The notes below the pieces were generated by a model. The model made no database searches, was not told the origin of the DNA, and worked only from the letters and a program-made list of their open reading frames with translations. A DNA stretch of 63,443 nucleotides, taken from positions 1 through 63,443 of the IMG/VR virus record IMGVR_UViG_3300005253_000516; one strand, 5' to 3'. Below are positions 18,885 to 27,867 of the stretch, piece by piece (within the stretch, counting starts at the first letter, position 1; each line of letters starts with the position of its first letter). A program made the position numbers and the translations under genes. The DNA comes from a virus (taxonomy: Duplodnaviria > Caudoviricetes).

Positions 18885-19265
18885 ATGAATCAGCGATCAC
18901 GAATCAACGCGTTTTCGGGCGCCGACGATGGGTTCTTGGATTTGAGCAACCCGCCAATGGCATTCACCGCCGTTACCAAGTCCGGAGAGGAGCCTCCAAT
19001 GCCCAACGCTCCCGACTACACCGACTTCGGCGGCGCCCAGGCCCGCGTCACCAACGGCGTGCTCTACATCACGTGGACGGCACCCAACACCGGGGTCGCG
19101 AACCTCACCATCACGCCGCTATCACAGATCATGCAGGTGGACTGGACCGAAACCGAAGCCGGTGTGGTGCTTTACCTGCGGGGCTACAATCCCTATGTCT
19201 ACTGCAAGAAAAGCCGCGAACTCGCTGAGTTCATCGGGCGACATCTCGAGGATGCGAATGGCTGA
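18885..19265 (+). CDS. Hypothetical protein
   Basis: AGAGGAG RBS. Confidence 0.55.
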   Translation: MNQRSRINAFSGADDGFLDLSNPPMAFTAVTKSGEEPPMPNAPDYTDFGGAQARVTNGVLYITWTAPNTGVANLTITPLSQIMQVDWTETEAGVVLYLRGYNPYVYCKKSRELAEFIGRHLEDANG

Positions 19266-19500
19266 GCCGAACAAAGACCGCGCCAACTGGGACAACCTGT
19301 TCCTGCGCCTACGCTCAGTAGCCTACAAAGAAGGCAGGGGCCGCGCCGTCACGATCATGAAATGCGTCTGTTGGCTCGAGAACGGCGAGCTTGTATACTG
19401 GTCTGAGCCGACGTGTACGCACCTGGAGCCGTCGGCCAACAAGGACGGGTTGGGCAGGCTGGCGGCAGCGCTAGAGGAGAAGACGAATGGCGACGATTGA
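19258..19500 (+). CDS. Hypothetical protein
   Basis: GAGG RBS; W..P..LEP motif. Confidence 0.55.
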   Translation: MAEPNKDRANWDNLFLRLRSVAYKEGRGRAVTIMKCVCWLENGELVYWSEPTCTHLEPSANKDGLGRLAAALEEKTNGDD

Positions 19501-19897
19501 GCTTGAGGGGCATTTGCGCAAAGCGGGTGACGGTTACGAATGTTCGAATCTGTACCTTGACGGGGACGCTTTGATGGAGGCCATAGACTTGCCTCTCGTT
19601 GGTGTTGTGTTGGCCAAAGGCCATAACTGGATCGGCGATTTCGTCTTTCCACCAGAAGATCCCGATACCCCTGTGGGGGGTGGTAATCGCATAGACTTGC
19701 AGGCTGACTATGGCCGCGTGCGCATCACGATTGAACAGCTAGCCCCGCCAGAAGAAGAGGCGAAACAGCAAGAGATAAGCCGCTTGCGTGCCGCACTTGC
19801 AAGCGCAGGAGATCGAAGAGACTGGGACGGGGCAAACGAGGCAGAGCGGCAGTTGAATGAGCTGCTAGGGAGAGGGGAGACTGATGACGAAGATTGA
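19487..19897 (+). CDS. Hypothetical protein, paralog of 1651
   Basis: IELEGHL..LYLDG..DYGRVRITIEQ. Confidence 0.7.
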   Translation: MATIELEGHLRKAGDGYECSNLYLDGDALMEAIDLPLVGVVLAKGHNWIGDFVFPPEDPDTPVGGGNRIDLQADYGRVRITIEQLAPPEEEAKQQEISRLRAALASAGDRRDWDGANEAERQLNELLGRGETDDED

Positions 19898-20135
19898 ACT
19901 AGGGGGGCGCTTGTGGGTTTGCGAGGATCACTGGGGCAACGAACACCTATATCTGAATACGCAGAGATTGGTTGACGTTCTCCCTCATTGCAACTTGTCG
20001 ATTGATGGACCCGCGAGGCATGTGCCTGAGCATCTGCATCTGTTGGTAAACTATGGCCCTGTCGGAATAACGATAGATCAGCCGGACACGCCAGAGGAGG
20101 AAGCATTGACTATGCTGGAGGAGCACGATGGCTAG
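19884..20135 (+). CDS. Hypothetical protein, paralog of 1651
   Basis: IELGGRL..HLYL..NYGPVGITIDQ. Confidence 0.7.
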   Translation: MTKIELGGRLWVCEDHWGNEHLYLNTQRLVDVLPHCNLSIDGPARHVPEHLHLLVNYGPVGITIDQPDTPEEEALTMLEEHDG

Positions 20136-20346
20136 ATTTCCCAAAGGCGCGCTCATAGTTGAGCAGCCTAGAATGCGGGGCGGAGAGTGCGTTGTTTCTT
20201 TCAGAATCGATAAGCGGCACAAGGAGTGGCGGGCGTGGACGTGGGGAATCGTCCGAGCGGAAATAGCAAAGTACCGCGTTCCGTTCTGGCGCTGGCCACA
20301 AGTGGGATGGCTCGTCGCGCGGTTCATGTGGTCGATCACGCACTAG
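20128..20346 (+). CDS. Hypothetical protein, paralog of 7804
   Basis: High identity to 7804-8022. Confidence 0.75.
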   Translation: MARFPKGALIVEQPRMRGGECVVSFRIDKRHKEWRAWTWGIVRAEIAKYRVPFWRWPQVGWLVARFMWSITH

Positions 20347-20364
20347 AGGGAAAGAGGAGGAGAC

Positions 20365-20592
20365 ATGAGTCAACACACGCATACGATTTGCGATGGCTGC
20401 GGCGAACAAATGGACCTTCGGCATGTTGGAGTGCCCATACATGGGCATCTAGGTGTTTGGGGCGGTGCGCCAGAGGATGTGCATTTCCACAATGTGGGAT
20501 GTATGGCCGCATACATGGAAGCGTGGCACAACAAGCGTTCTGACAAAGTGCGCATCGTAGTTGAGGACCTGGAGGAGAGCGATGAATCGTAG
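20365..20592 (+). CDS. Small Zn-finger protein
   Basis: CDGCG..HFHNVGC. Confidence 0.6.
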   Translation: MSQHTHTICDGCGEQMDLRHVGVPIHGHLGVWGGAPEDVHFHNVGCMAAYMEAWHNKRSDKVRIVVEDLEESDES

Positions 20593-21073
20593 AGGGTTTC
20601 TGCGCGCAGCATTGGCTACGGGGATAACGGCGGTAGCGGCAAATGCCGGGCTGTCCAAAGCAGCCGACGGCGGCATAGAGTTCTTGCTCGGCGAGATGAC
20701 AAAGGGCGCGCGGCGGGAAGCGCCCGTACTGATGAAAAACATTGGCATCAGTTGGAACAGTGCGGCGATGGATAGCGTTAGCCTCAGTTGGACTGAGACG
20801 GAAGTGGGGCGGGCTGAGCGGTTCGCGCAACAGGCACGAAACATCTGCGACGCAATCAAGCCCGCTATAGATGCTTTGGCAGAGCTGGAAGAATTCGAGG
20901 CCTCCAAGATTGGGCGCGTGTGGTATGTAGGCCCTGGCGGAGACGATGCGAACGACGGGCTGACGCCAGAGTCGTGCCTGTTGTCATTCGAGGAGGGAAT
21001 GAAGCGGGCGGGGCGAGAAGACGAATTGCCAATGTCGGTATGGGACATGACTATAGAGGGATGGAACGTATGA
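20582..21073 (+). CDS. Protein with a twin-arginine (Tat-like) signal
   Basis: MNRRGFLRAALA..; C-terminal WYVGPGGDDANDGLTP motif. Confidence 0.65.
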   Translation: MNRRGFLRAALATGITAVAANAGLSKAADGGIEFLLGEMTKGARREAPVLMKNIGISWNSAAMDSVSLSWTETEVGRAERFAQQARNICDAIKPAIDALAELEEFEASKIGRVWYVGPGGDDANDGLTPESCLLSFEEGMKRAGREDELPMSVWDMTIEGWNV

Positions 21074-21384
21074 CCAAGAAAGCACGCATCGCTGAGTTGG
21101 AACGCAAAGTTGCAGAGCTGGAGCGCAAGGCACGAGAGCCTATCATCATCAAAGTGGCGCCCGTCATTGTGCCGGTCGCGGTGCCCGAGCCTGCCCCGCT
21201 ATGGCCGTGGCCGCCGTATCCGTATGAGCCGTGCCGACGGTGGCGTCCGTATGATTACATAACAACTGGCGACCCGGTGCCACAATACCACTACACTACA
21301 GCAGGCGACACCGCCGGCCCGCTAAATCTCGGCTTCCCCAGCGTGGCAGGGCCGGAAGGAACGATCATATCGCTGATCGGGTGA
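21070..21384 (+). CDS. Pro/Tyr-rich hypothetical protein
   Basis: RIAELERKVAELE coiled coil, then a P-rich tail. Confidence 0.6.
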   Translation: MTKKARIAELERKVAELERKAREPIIIKVAPVIVPVAVPEPAPLWPWPPYPYEPCRRWRPYDYITTGDPVPQYHYTTAGDTAGPLNLGFPSVAGPEGTIISLIG

Positions 21385-21386
21385 AT

Positions 21387-21458
21387 GGGCCGATAGCTCA
21401 AGGTAGAGCACGACTCTTAATAAGGTCGTGGTTGGCGGTTCAAGTCCGCCTCGGCCTA
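21387..21458 (+). tRNA. tRNA with an atypical 8-nt anticodon loop (Ile-like body; anticodon AAT or TAAT)
   Basis: Acceptor GGGCCGA/TCGGCCT+A73; D arm GCTC/GAGC; anticodon stem CGACT/GGTCG with loop CTTAATAA; T arm GGCGG-TTCAAGT-CCGCC; no encoded CCA. Confidence 0.85.
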
Positions 21459-21471
21459 TTGGTCGCAACGC

Positions 21472-21500
21472 TTGACATCACGCCACCAGTAGTGTATTAT
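21472..21500 (+). promoter_or_regulatory. Sigma70 promoter upstream of the main structural operon
   Basis: TTGACA-17 nt-TATTAT. Confidence 0.8.
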
Positions 21501-21577
21501 GTAAGCGGGAGACCCCAGCGGCGCTGAGCTCGGCGCTGCTGGCTATCCAGAATCGAATACGACCGTAGTGCCAGACT

Positions 21578-21615
21578 AAGGCGCAGCCTTCGTAATTGAA
21601 GGTCTGCGCCTTTTT
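21578..21615 (+). terminator. Intrinsic terminator in the late-operon leader
   Basis: AAGGCGCAG-CCTTC..GAAGG-T-CTGCGCCTT followed by a T run. Confidence 0.8.
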
Positions 21616-21633
21616 GCGTTCACCGGAGGCTGA

Positions 21634-22110
21634 ATGGCCGATAGGCGAATCTATAACCCCAACTTCATCCCCCTGCTAGTCAACGCCCGAGCCAACGCGG
21701 CCTTGGGCGCTGCAGGCGCTTGGGATGCGGCCCCGATAGAGTTCCCGGTAGCGGGCATGGCCGAGATGACAGCGCATGTTACCTATGACGAGGCCCCCGC
21801 GGGGCCGGGCGGCTCCGTGGACTTTCAGATCCAGGTGAGCCCCTATGCTGTCGTGGCCCAAGTCCCCGCTGGCGGCATTGAGTGGGAAAGCATGTCCCTC
21901 TACCAGACAGGCGCAGTAGTAGGCGGGGCAGATAGCGCGAGCCTCCTACAGCATGAAATCATCACGTTTGACCCGACCGTTGCAACGGCTCAGACCATAG
22001 CGTTTGGGCCGCTGGCCTTGAATGGCGCAGAGCGCGTGAGGATTCGCGCTCGTGAAAGCGGCGCAGTAGCGAACCCTGGCAACTGTCAGATCGAGGTGAC
22101 GCTGCGATGA
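21634..22110 (+). CDS. Putative virion beta-sandwich protein
   Basis: First ORF after the late leader; Ala/Gly-rich, alternating beta-strand pattern. Confidence 0.6.
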   Translation: MADRRIYNPNFIPLLVNARANAALGAAGAWDAAPIEFPVAGMAEMTAHVTYDEAPAGPGGSVDFQIQVSPYAVVAQVPAGGIEWESMSLYQTGAVVGGADSASLLQHEIITFDPTVATAQTIAFGPLALNGAERVRIRARESGAVANPGNCQIEVTLR

Positions 22111-22544
22111 TGGGAATCACGACGCGACAAGCACTCCTCGGCGGCGAGGCCGGGCTGGACATAGACGCGCTCGTCGAGCTTGCCGCCGCAGAGCTCACGC
22201 TACAAGAGACGGGCGGACTGCTCACGGCAACGGGCGCTGAGGACACCGTCTACATCAATGGCGACCCGCTGGGGACGTTTAACCCCCGCGTGCTGATCGT
22301 TGACCTCGACAACATGCAGGGCGGCGACACCACGGTTTTACGCGTTTACTATCGCATCACGGCGGGCGGAGGCTTGCAACTAGAGGACTACCAGGCATAC
22401 GTCGGAGCCGACGGTGGTTTGGCGAATAGCATCAAGCTCGTGACGATTGCGCTGAATCCCAATCGATTTGGGATACAACTCACGCTCGAACAGACAGCCG
22501 GCGTCAACCGCACGTATCGCTGGGAATACTTCGAGGAGGCATAG
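22107..22544 (+). CDS. Putative virion protein
   Basis: Coupled ORF with a beta-rich pattern. Confidence 0.6.
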   Translation: MMGITTRQALLGGEAGLDIDALVELAAAELTLQETGGLLTATGAEDTVYINGDPLGTFNPRVLIVDLDNMQGGDTTVLRVYYRITAGGGLQLEDYQAYVGADGGLANSIKLVTIALNPNRFGIQLTLEQTAGVNRTYRWEYFEEA

Positions 22545-23228
22545 GTGAGAGGTTACGACCAGCTACAGGCTAACCAACAACTGCTCCTCGACCTGCAATT
22601 GAAAGAAGCGACGGGCACGAACACTCAGGACTTTGCCAAGCTCCATCACGTTTGCACCCTCATCGGCACACCGACCTGGCAGGATCTCGACAACGGGCTT
22701 AGCTACCTCGACTTTGTGCCGGGCAACCCCGACTACATTCGCGCCCTCCAGGCCGCGACAACGGATCTCGACTTTACGTCGGGCGACTATTCCGCAGCGG
22801 TGTGGATCCGCCCCGACGCCCTCGGCAATCGCAACTTTATGACACGCGGCGTGGCCGCGACGGACGGTTGGGACTGGTGGATGGACGTCAACGGCGCCCA
22901 GAACGTGTCCACATTTCAGGCAGCCGCTTCGCAATTTACCCTCAGCGCCGCCGCCGACATAGTGGTCGGTACGTGGGGAATGATAGGTTTCTCACGCACG
23001 GGCGCGGCGATACGGACCTACAAAAACGGGCGGGACACCACGGCTACTGCGGCTACGCACATCGACCCGTTGACCGCGAACCGAAACCTTTACATCGGCG
23101 TGAACAACTTAGCCGCTGCTGGCTGGTACGACGGCGATATGTTTCGCCCGCGCATCTGGGGCAAACTCATGACGCCGCCAGAGTTCCGGTTGCTGTTTGA
23201 GATGGAGCGGGGGTTGTTCGGCCTATGA
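22545..23228 (+). CDS. LamG/concanavalin A-like virion protein
   Basis: SAAVWIRP..GTW..Y.NG..LYIG..G....RIW. Confidence 0.75.
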   Translation: MRGYDQLQANQQLLLDLQLKEATGTNTQDFAKLHHVCTLIGTPTWQDLDNGLSYLDFVPGNPDYIRALQAATTDLDFTSGDYSAAVWIRPDALGNRNFMTRGVAATDGWDWWMDVNGAQNVSTFQAAASQFTLSAAADIVVGTWGMIGFSRTGAAIRTYKNGRDTTATAATHIDPLTANRNLYIGVNNLAAAGWYDGDMFRPRIWGKLMTPPEFRLLFEMERGLFGL

Positions 23229-24697
23229 CGATTGATCTCGCCGGGCGACTGGCACGATTACGGGCCGCAATGCTAGCGATACCCGCATTCACGGGTGATA
23301 TTTGGTATATCGACGGGACTGATGGCGATGATGCCAACAGCGGACGGACACCCAGCCAGGCATATGTCACGATTGGCCAGGGTCTCATCTCCGCTGTAGC
23401 GGGGGATGCTATAGCCGTCAAAGCCGGAAACTATGACGAGATAGGACTTGATCTTGCATTAGATGGGCTAGAGCTCTGGTGCGAAATCGGTGTGCATATT
23501 GAGGATAGCACGCCAGGGACAGCTCTAGTTGTTTCCGGCGATCATTGCCGAGTCCAGGGAGCGCATTTCGAAGGGCCTGGGGCGATTGCTATTCAGGTAA
23601 CGGGCGATCACTGTTCCCTAGCAACATTGTTCGCAGAGAACGTCACCGTTGGATACGATATCGATGGCACCGATACCCTTATAGATCATACGATCAGCGC
23701 GGCACATACGGTCACAGGATATGATATTAGTGGACCCCAGACTATCATTCAGCATGCAGTTGCAAATGGGGTTGGTGGAGCGACGCGAGGATTCTATCTA
23801 TCAAATGCGGCAGCGGATTATTGCCTTTTAGAGGATTGCTCTTCGCTTGAGAATGCAACAGCGGGATATGAATGTGTAGTGGGAACCGCTGGCAATATGC
23901 TCCGTGAGTGTGTGAGCGGAGTTGGTGACGGAGATCGAATCGACCTCGATCCTAACAATTTCTGGGCGAACTATGTGCAGGAGATGGAGACAGAGCATAA
24001 CGAGCATGTATATCCGGTCCCAGATGGCGAAGGCACGGCAGGTGCAGCCGTCGAAGTCAATGCCGACGCTGAAGACGAAACACATGGCGCCGCAACGACG
24101 CAAAACTATTGGGGCGAGCCAACAGTGGTGCTACAGCCAGCAATACTCACATTGGCGTGGACATGGATTGGCATGAATATCTTTGCGACAACGACAGGCA
24201 AGGAGTTTCGGAGTCTCGCTTACAAGATTGATTATTCGCGGCGCTCTGCTCGCAATGCCGGCAACGCGTGGGACGAAGGCGAAACCGATTTGACGGTAGC
24301 CGATGGGTCAATATTCCAAACGGACGATCTGGTCTGGGTTTACTCGACCTACAAAACCGACGGTGAGATCGTCAAAGTGTCAAGTGTAGCAGGCCCAATC
24401 GTGACGGTTGTTCGCGAGACATCGCAATTCGGCGCGCCGAACACTGGATTACGCTGGAATCATACAATCAATGCCGCGGGCACCGAGATAATGTACCTGG
24501 TGCGGCGCGCCGGCGAGCAGATGTCAGAAGGCTACTTTTTCGATTTTGGTGCAGCCGGCGCACGCGACATGATCATAATGCGCTGGCATGAAGCCAAGCG
24601 GATGGACGGTAGTGATGGCGTACTTGTGCGAACGATCAATGGGTCGGATAGCGTGAACAATGGCCGTTTTGATTGTGCGCTAATCTACGGGGAATAG
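23225..24697 (+). CDS. Pectin-lyase-like beta-helix virion protein
   Basis: IWYIDGTDGDDANSGRTP..TI..GD.I.V..G.Y.E followed by beta-helix repeats. Confidence 0.75.
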   Translation: MTIDLAGRLARLRAAMLAIPAFTGDIWYIDGTDGDDANSGRTPSQAYVTIGQGLISAVAGDAIAVKAGNYDEIGLDLALDGLELWCEIGVHIEDSTPGTALVVSGDHCRVQGAHFEGPGAIAIQVTGDHCSLATLFAENVTVGYDIDGTDTLIDHTISAAHTVTGYDISGPQTIIQHAVANGVGGATRGFYLSNAAADYCLLEDCSSLENATAGYECVVGTAGNMLRECVSGVGDGDRIDLDPNNFWANYVQEMETEHNEHVYPVPDGEGTAGAAVEVNADAEDETHGAATTQNYWGEPTVVLQPAILTLAWTWIGMNIFATTTGKEFRSLAYKIDYSRRSARNAGNAWDEGETDLTVADGSIFQTDDLVWVYSTYKTDGEIVKVSSVAGPIVTVVRETSQFGAPNTGLRWNHTINAAGTEIMYLVRRAGEQMSEGYFFDFGAAGARDMIIMRWHEAKRMDGSDGVLVRTINGSDSVNNGRFDCALIYGE

Positions 24698-24699
24698 CG

Positions 24700-26220
24700 A
24701 TGCCCTGGAAGGCATTCAAGCGCGGCGACGAATGGTGCGTGTTCAAGATTGACGCAGACGATGCAGCGACAGGTGATAGTCTGGGGTGCCATGACACAAG
24801 AGCAAAGGCAAATAGCCAGGTGGCAGCGTTGAACGCAAATGTAAAAGAGGGCGCTGTGCCTGTACTCATAGAGCAAAACGAACTAGGCGGCCTTGAATGG
24901 ATAAAGCAGCAAGGTGAAAAGCAGATGAACGATACCATGCTGGAAAGCACGACGCTCGAGATCGACGGGCACCAGGTGACAATGGCGGATCTGGTGAGCG
25001 AGTATCAAGAGGCGCACCACCACGAGTGGAATGGCGGGGAAGACATTGCGTCGATGCCGGTGGGGTCGTGGTCTGCTATGAGCTTTGCCGACATCAAAGC
25101 GGCGCGCGAGGCGGAAGAGCTCGCGGCCACCGTCGAGCAGCGCACCGACGAGTTCCAGCGCATCTTTCGGAACATCATGTTCGACAGTGAGACCACCGAC
25201 AAGCGCGCGGCGCTTCTGGCCCTGGTGGATGAGTTCGTCACCGAGATCGAGGCGATTGAGGTAGAAGAGGCCGCCGAGGGGCTTACCGAACTAGCGGAGA
25301 ACGACGGGCTGAGCATCCTTGAAATACTGGAAGTTCAGGAACAGGAAGAGGACGCAGAGCCACGGCATACCATCATCCGCGTGGCGCTGATTGAACCGGG
25401 CCTCGGGAACATGCGCGACAAGCACTATTACCCGCGCGAGATGCTAGAAAGGGACGCCCACATATTCCAGGGCGTCAAGATGTACGCGACGGAGCACAAC
25501 GACAAAGAACGATCGGTGCGCACAGAGGTCTCGCAGATTCTCCGCTGCCCGGTGGGGTTCTCGGAGACGGGCGCGCCGCTGGCAGACGTGGCGATATACG
25601 ACAGAGAGTTTGATCACAACGTGAGAGAACGCGACCATCACGGTACGCTTTCGGACCTCCACTGCTCCATTCTAGCAAGCGGCCGGGTCAAAAAGGGCGT
25701 CGAGATGGATGGCGAGAAGGTGAATGTGGTAGAGGCTATCACAGAAGCCAGGGCAGTAGACTGGGTGACGAGAGCTGGTGCGGGCGGGCGCGCGCTCAGC
25801 CTTGTCGAGAATGATGCAATGCCGGAGGGCAACATGACAGAAAAGATCGTCCTCGACGAGGGACAGAGCGGCGAGGAAGACACTGAGAATCACGAGACTG
25901 TCGAAGAGCAGTTGCACGAGCAGGACGAACAGCAGGAACAGGAGCAGCTAGAGCCGCTTACGGTGGTCGAGGCATTAGCCCTCCTGCTAGAGTCTGGCCT
26001 TTCCGCTAAGCAGCAGAAGCGGCTCGCAGCCAAGGGCTTCGAGACCGCGGGCGAACTGGAAGGCGCAATCGCTGAGGTGAAAGACATCCTGAGCGAATCA
26101 AGAACGAGCACAGTACTGGACATGGGCAAGAGCAAGCCCAAGCAAGCGAAACCAGAAACCACCAAGTCGCTGGTAGAGCGCGAGAGCGCTGTGCTTAAGC
26201 GGCATGGGATCGGGAGGTAA
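24700..26220 (+). CDS. Prohead protease/scaffold protein
   Basis: IEPG.GN..HYYP..L..F.G.KMY..H..SI..VDWVT..GAGG protease-like core, acidic scaffold tail. Confidence 0.75.
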   Translation: MPWKAFKRGDEWCVFKIDADDAATGDSLGCHDTRAKANSQVAALNANVKEGAVPVLIEQNELGGLEWIKQQGEKQMNDTMLESTTLEIDGHQVTMADLVSEYQEAHHHEWNGGEDIASMPVGSWSAMSFADIKAAREAEELAATVEQRTDEFQRIFRNIMFDSETTDKRAALLALVDEFVTEIEAIEVEEAAEGLTELAENDGLSILEILEVQEQEEDAEPRHTIIRVALIEPGLGNMRDKHYYPREMLERDAHIFQGVKMYATEHNDKERSVRTEVSQILRCPVGFSETGAPLADVAIYDREFDHNVRERDHHGTLSDLHCSILASGRVKKGVEMDGEKVNVVEAITEARAVDWVTRAGAGGRALSLVENDAMPEGNMTEKIVLDEGQSGEEDTENHETVEEQLHEQDEQQEQEQLEPLTVVEALALLLESGLSAKQQKRLAAKGFETAGELEGAIAEVKDILSESRTSTVLDMGKSKPKQAKPETTKSLVERESAVLKRHGIGR

Positions 26221-26223
26221 CAG

Positions 26224-26736
26224 ATGGTTACGAGAGATACGACTGCAGGATACGAACAGTCCAGTGAGTCTGGGCGCGAGCGGATGCTAAAGATCCCGTG
26301 GTCGCGGCAGACGGATGTAACGCCAACGCTCCACGACCCCGTGCAACAGACGGGGCTTCTGCCTGGGGCGCAAATGACGGGCACGTCGATCACGCAGAAT
26401 GCCGTCTACGAGACGTCCATAGTCAACGTCGCGGCAGGCGCAGTGTACCGCCACAATGTACGCACGGTGCTGACCTACAACGGCGGGAACGCAGAGGCCA
26501 CATGGGGCGCCATCAACATCGGCGACCCGGTGTACTATGACCTAACGGCTGATGCCAACCATGGCGTGAAGCTCAGCACGAGTCCGCTGCAGGGCGATGC
26601 AGCAACCGCCAATGCGCGGTTCGGCACGATCGAGACGATGCAGAGCGAAGACGAGGATGATTTCCCAAAGGCCGCCGGTGCGTCTGGCAACACGCACTTG
26701 TGTGCTGTGGCGCAAGCCGGAATCGTGGAGAGTTAA
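26224..26736 (+). CDS. Head decoration/cement protein (putative)
   Basis: Between scaffold and capsid genes; AINIGDPVYYD motif. Confidence 0.65.
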   Translation: MVTRDTTAGYEQSSESGRERMLKIPWSRQTDVTPTLHDPVQQTGLLPGAQMTGTSITQNAVYETSIVNVAAGAVYRHNVRTVLTYNGGNAEATWGAINIGDPVYYDLTADANHGVKLSTSPLQGDAATANARFGTIETMQSEDEDDFPKAAGASGNTHLCAVAQAGIVES

Positions 26737-26738
26737 AT

Positions 26739-27851
26739 ATGAGACGCCTAATTGAGACCATCCGAGACATGGCCCTCGAGCACAACGCTCAGGATAACGC
26801 GCGGTGTGAGCTGATCCAAGAAGCCTATCCGTATCTGGATGCCTTTATCGACAATCGCCACCAGGACATCCATAGCTCGACGCTGCGGGAGGCCCTGGTA
26901 GTCGGCGACTTTCCGCTCTACTTCAACCGCGTGCTGAGCCGGGCGGTGTATAACCGCTACGAGTTCCAGCGCGGGACATGGCGCGACTACACGCTGCGCG
27001 AGGATCTGCCGGACTATACCACGGCAGAGCGCTTTCGCTTTGACGAGCCCGAGCGATTGGAGCGGCGAGACGAGAAAGAGGAAGCCTACGCGACCTATTT
27101 CACCGAGACCCGCGTGCAGATCGCACTGGATGACTACGCCAAGCAGATGGACTTCTCGCGGCGTATCTTCATTAACGATGACTTGGGCGCCTTCAACAAC
27201 ATCGCTATGAAGCTGGGCGATAGCGCAGCGATGTTCGAGGACTTTTTCGTGTCAGCGCTGTACGACAACGCGCTTTCACAGGCGGCCATGATAGCCCTGG
27301 GCGCGAACTATGCAGGCACCGGGCGGCTGACTACGGCCAACCTGGCTATCGCGTGGAATGCGTTCACGCAGCGCCAGGACGGACGCGGCAATCCGCTGGC
27401 GATTCGGCCTGTCTTTCTAGTGATCCCGCCGATCCTTGAGCTGACGGCAGAGGCGATTCTGGAAAGCACACACATCGCGGAGTTGGCGACGAACAGCAAG
27501 AACGTGTTGCAGGGACGAGTCCAGATCAAGATCGATCCCTACATCGCCTTCACCGTTCCGAACGTGCCATGGTATCTGTTCGCGGAACCCTTCTCGGTTC
27601 CAGGTGTGTCGGTGACGCGGTGGACTGGTCGCCCGAACGGGCCAGAGCTCTCCGCGCTGGCACCGGATAAGGTCCCGATGACGCGGACGATGGGTCTTGG
27701 TACGCCGAGTCTGTTGAACGGTTCGTTCCTCACGGGCGATATCGAGATCCAGGTAGAGACGACCATCGGCGGCCGGACGGATGACCTGGGGACCTTGGTG
27801 GGTATTACGGATCCCAATGGGCTATACTTTAGCTCGGGTACCACGCCATAA
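26739..27851 (+). CDS. Major capsid protein (Mu gpT-like)
   Basis: LREA..DFP..YAK..FSRR.FINDDLGAF..Q.D..G.PL.I.P..LVIPP.LE..A..PWYLFA. Confidence 0.88.
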   Translation: MRRLIETIRDMALEHNAQDNARCELIQEAYPYLDAFIDNRHQDIHSSTLREALVVGDFPLYFNRVLSRAVYNRYEFQRGTWRDYTLREDLPDYTTAERFRFDEPERLERRDEKEEAYATYFTETRVQIALDDYAKQMDFSRRIFINDDLGAFNNIAMKLGDSAAMFEDFFVSALYDNALSQAAMIALGANYAGTGRLTTANLAIAWNAFTQRQDGRGNPLAIRPVFLVIPPILELTAEAILESTHIAELATNSKNVLQGRVQIKIDPYIAFTVPNVPWYLFAEPFSVPGVSVTRWTGRPNGPELSALAPDKVPMTRTMGLGTPSLLNGSFLTGDIEIQVETTIGGRTDDLGTLVGITDPNGLYFSSGTTP

Positions 27852-27867
27852 CCATAGGGAACAGTAA

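Noticed and set aside
21387-21458. Calling the tRNA Lys(CTT) or Leu(TAA)
   Set aside because: The Lys register leaves the anticodon stem unpaired; Leu would need a long variable arm and a purine at position 37
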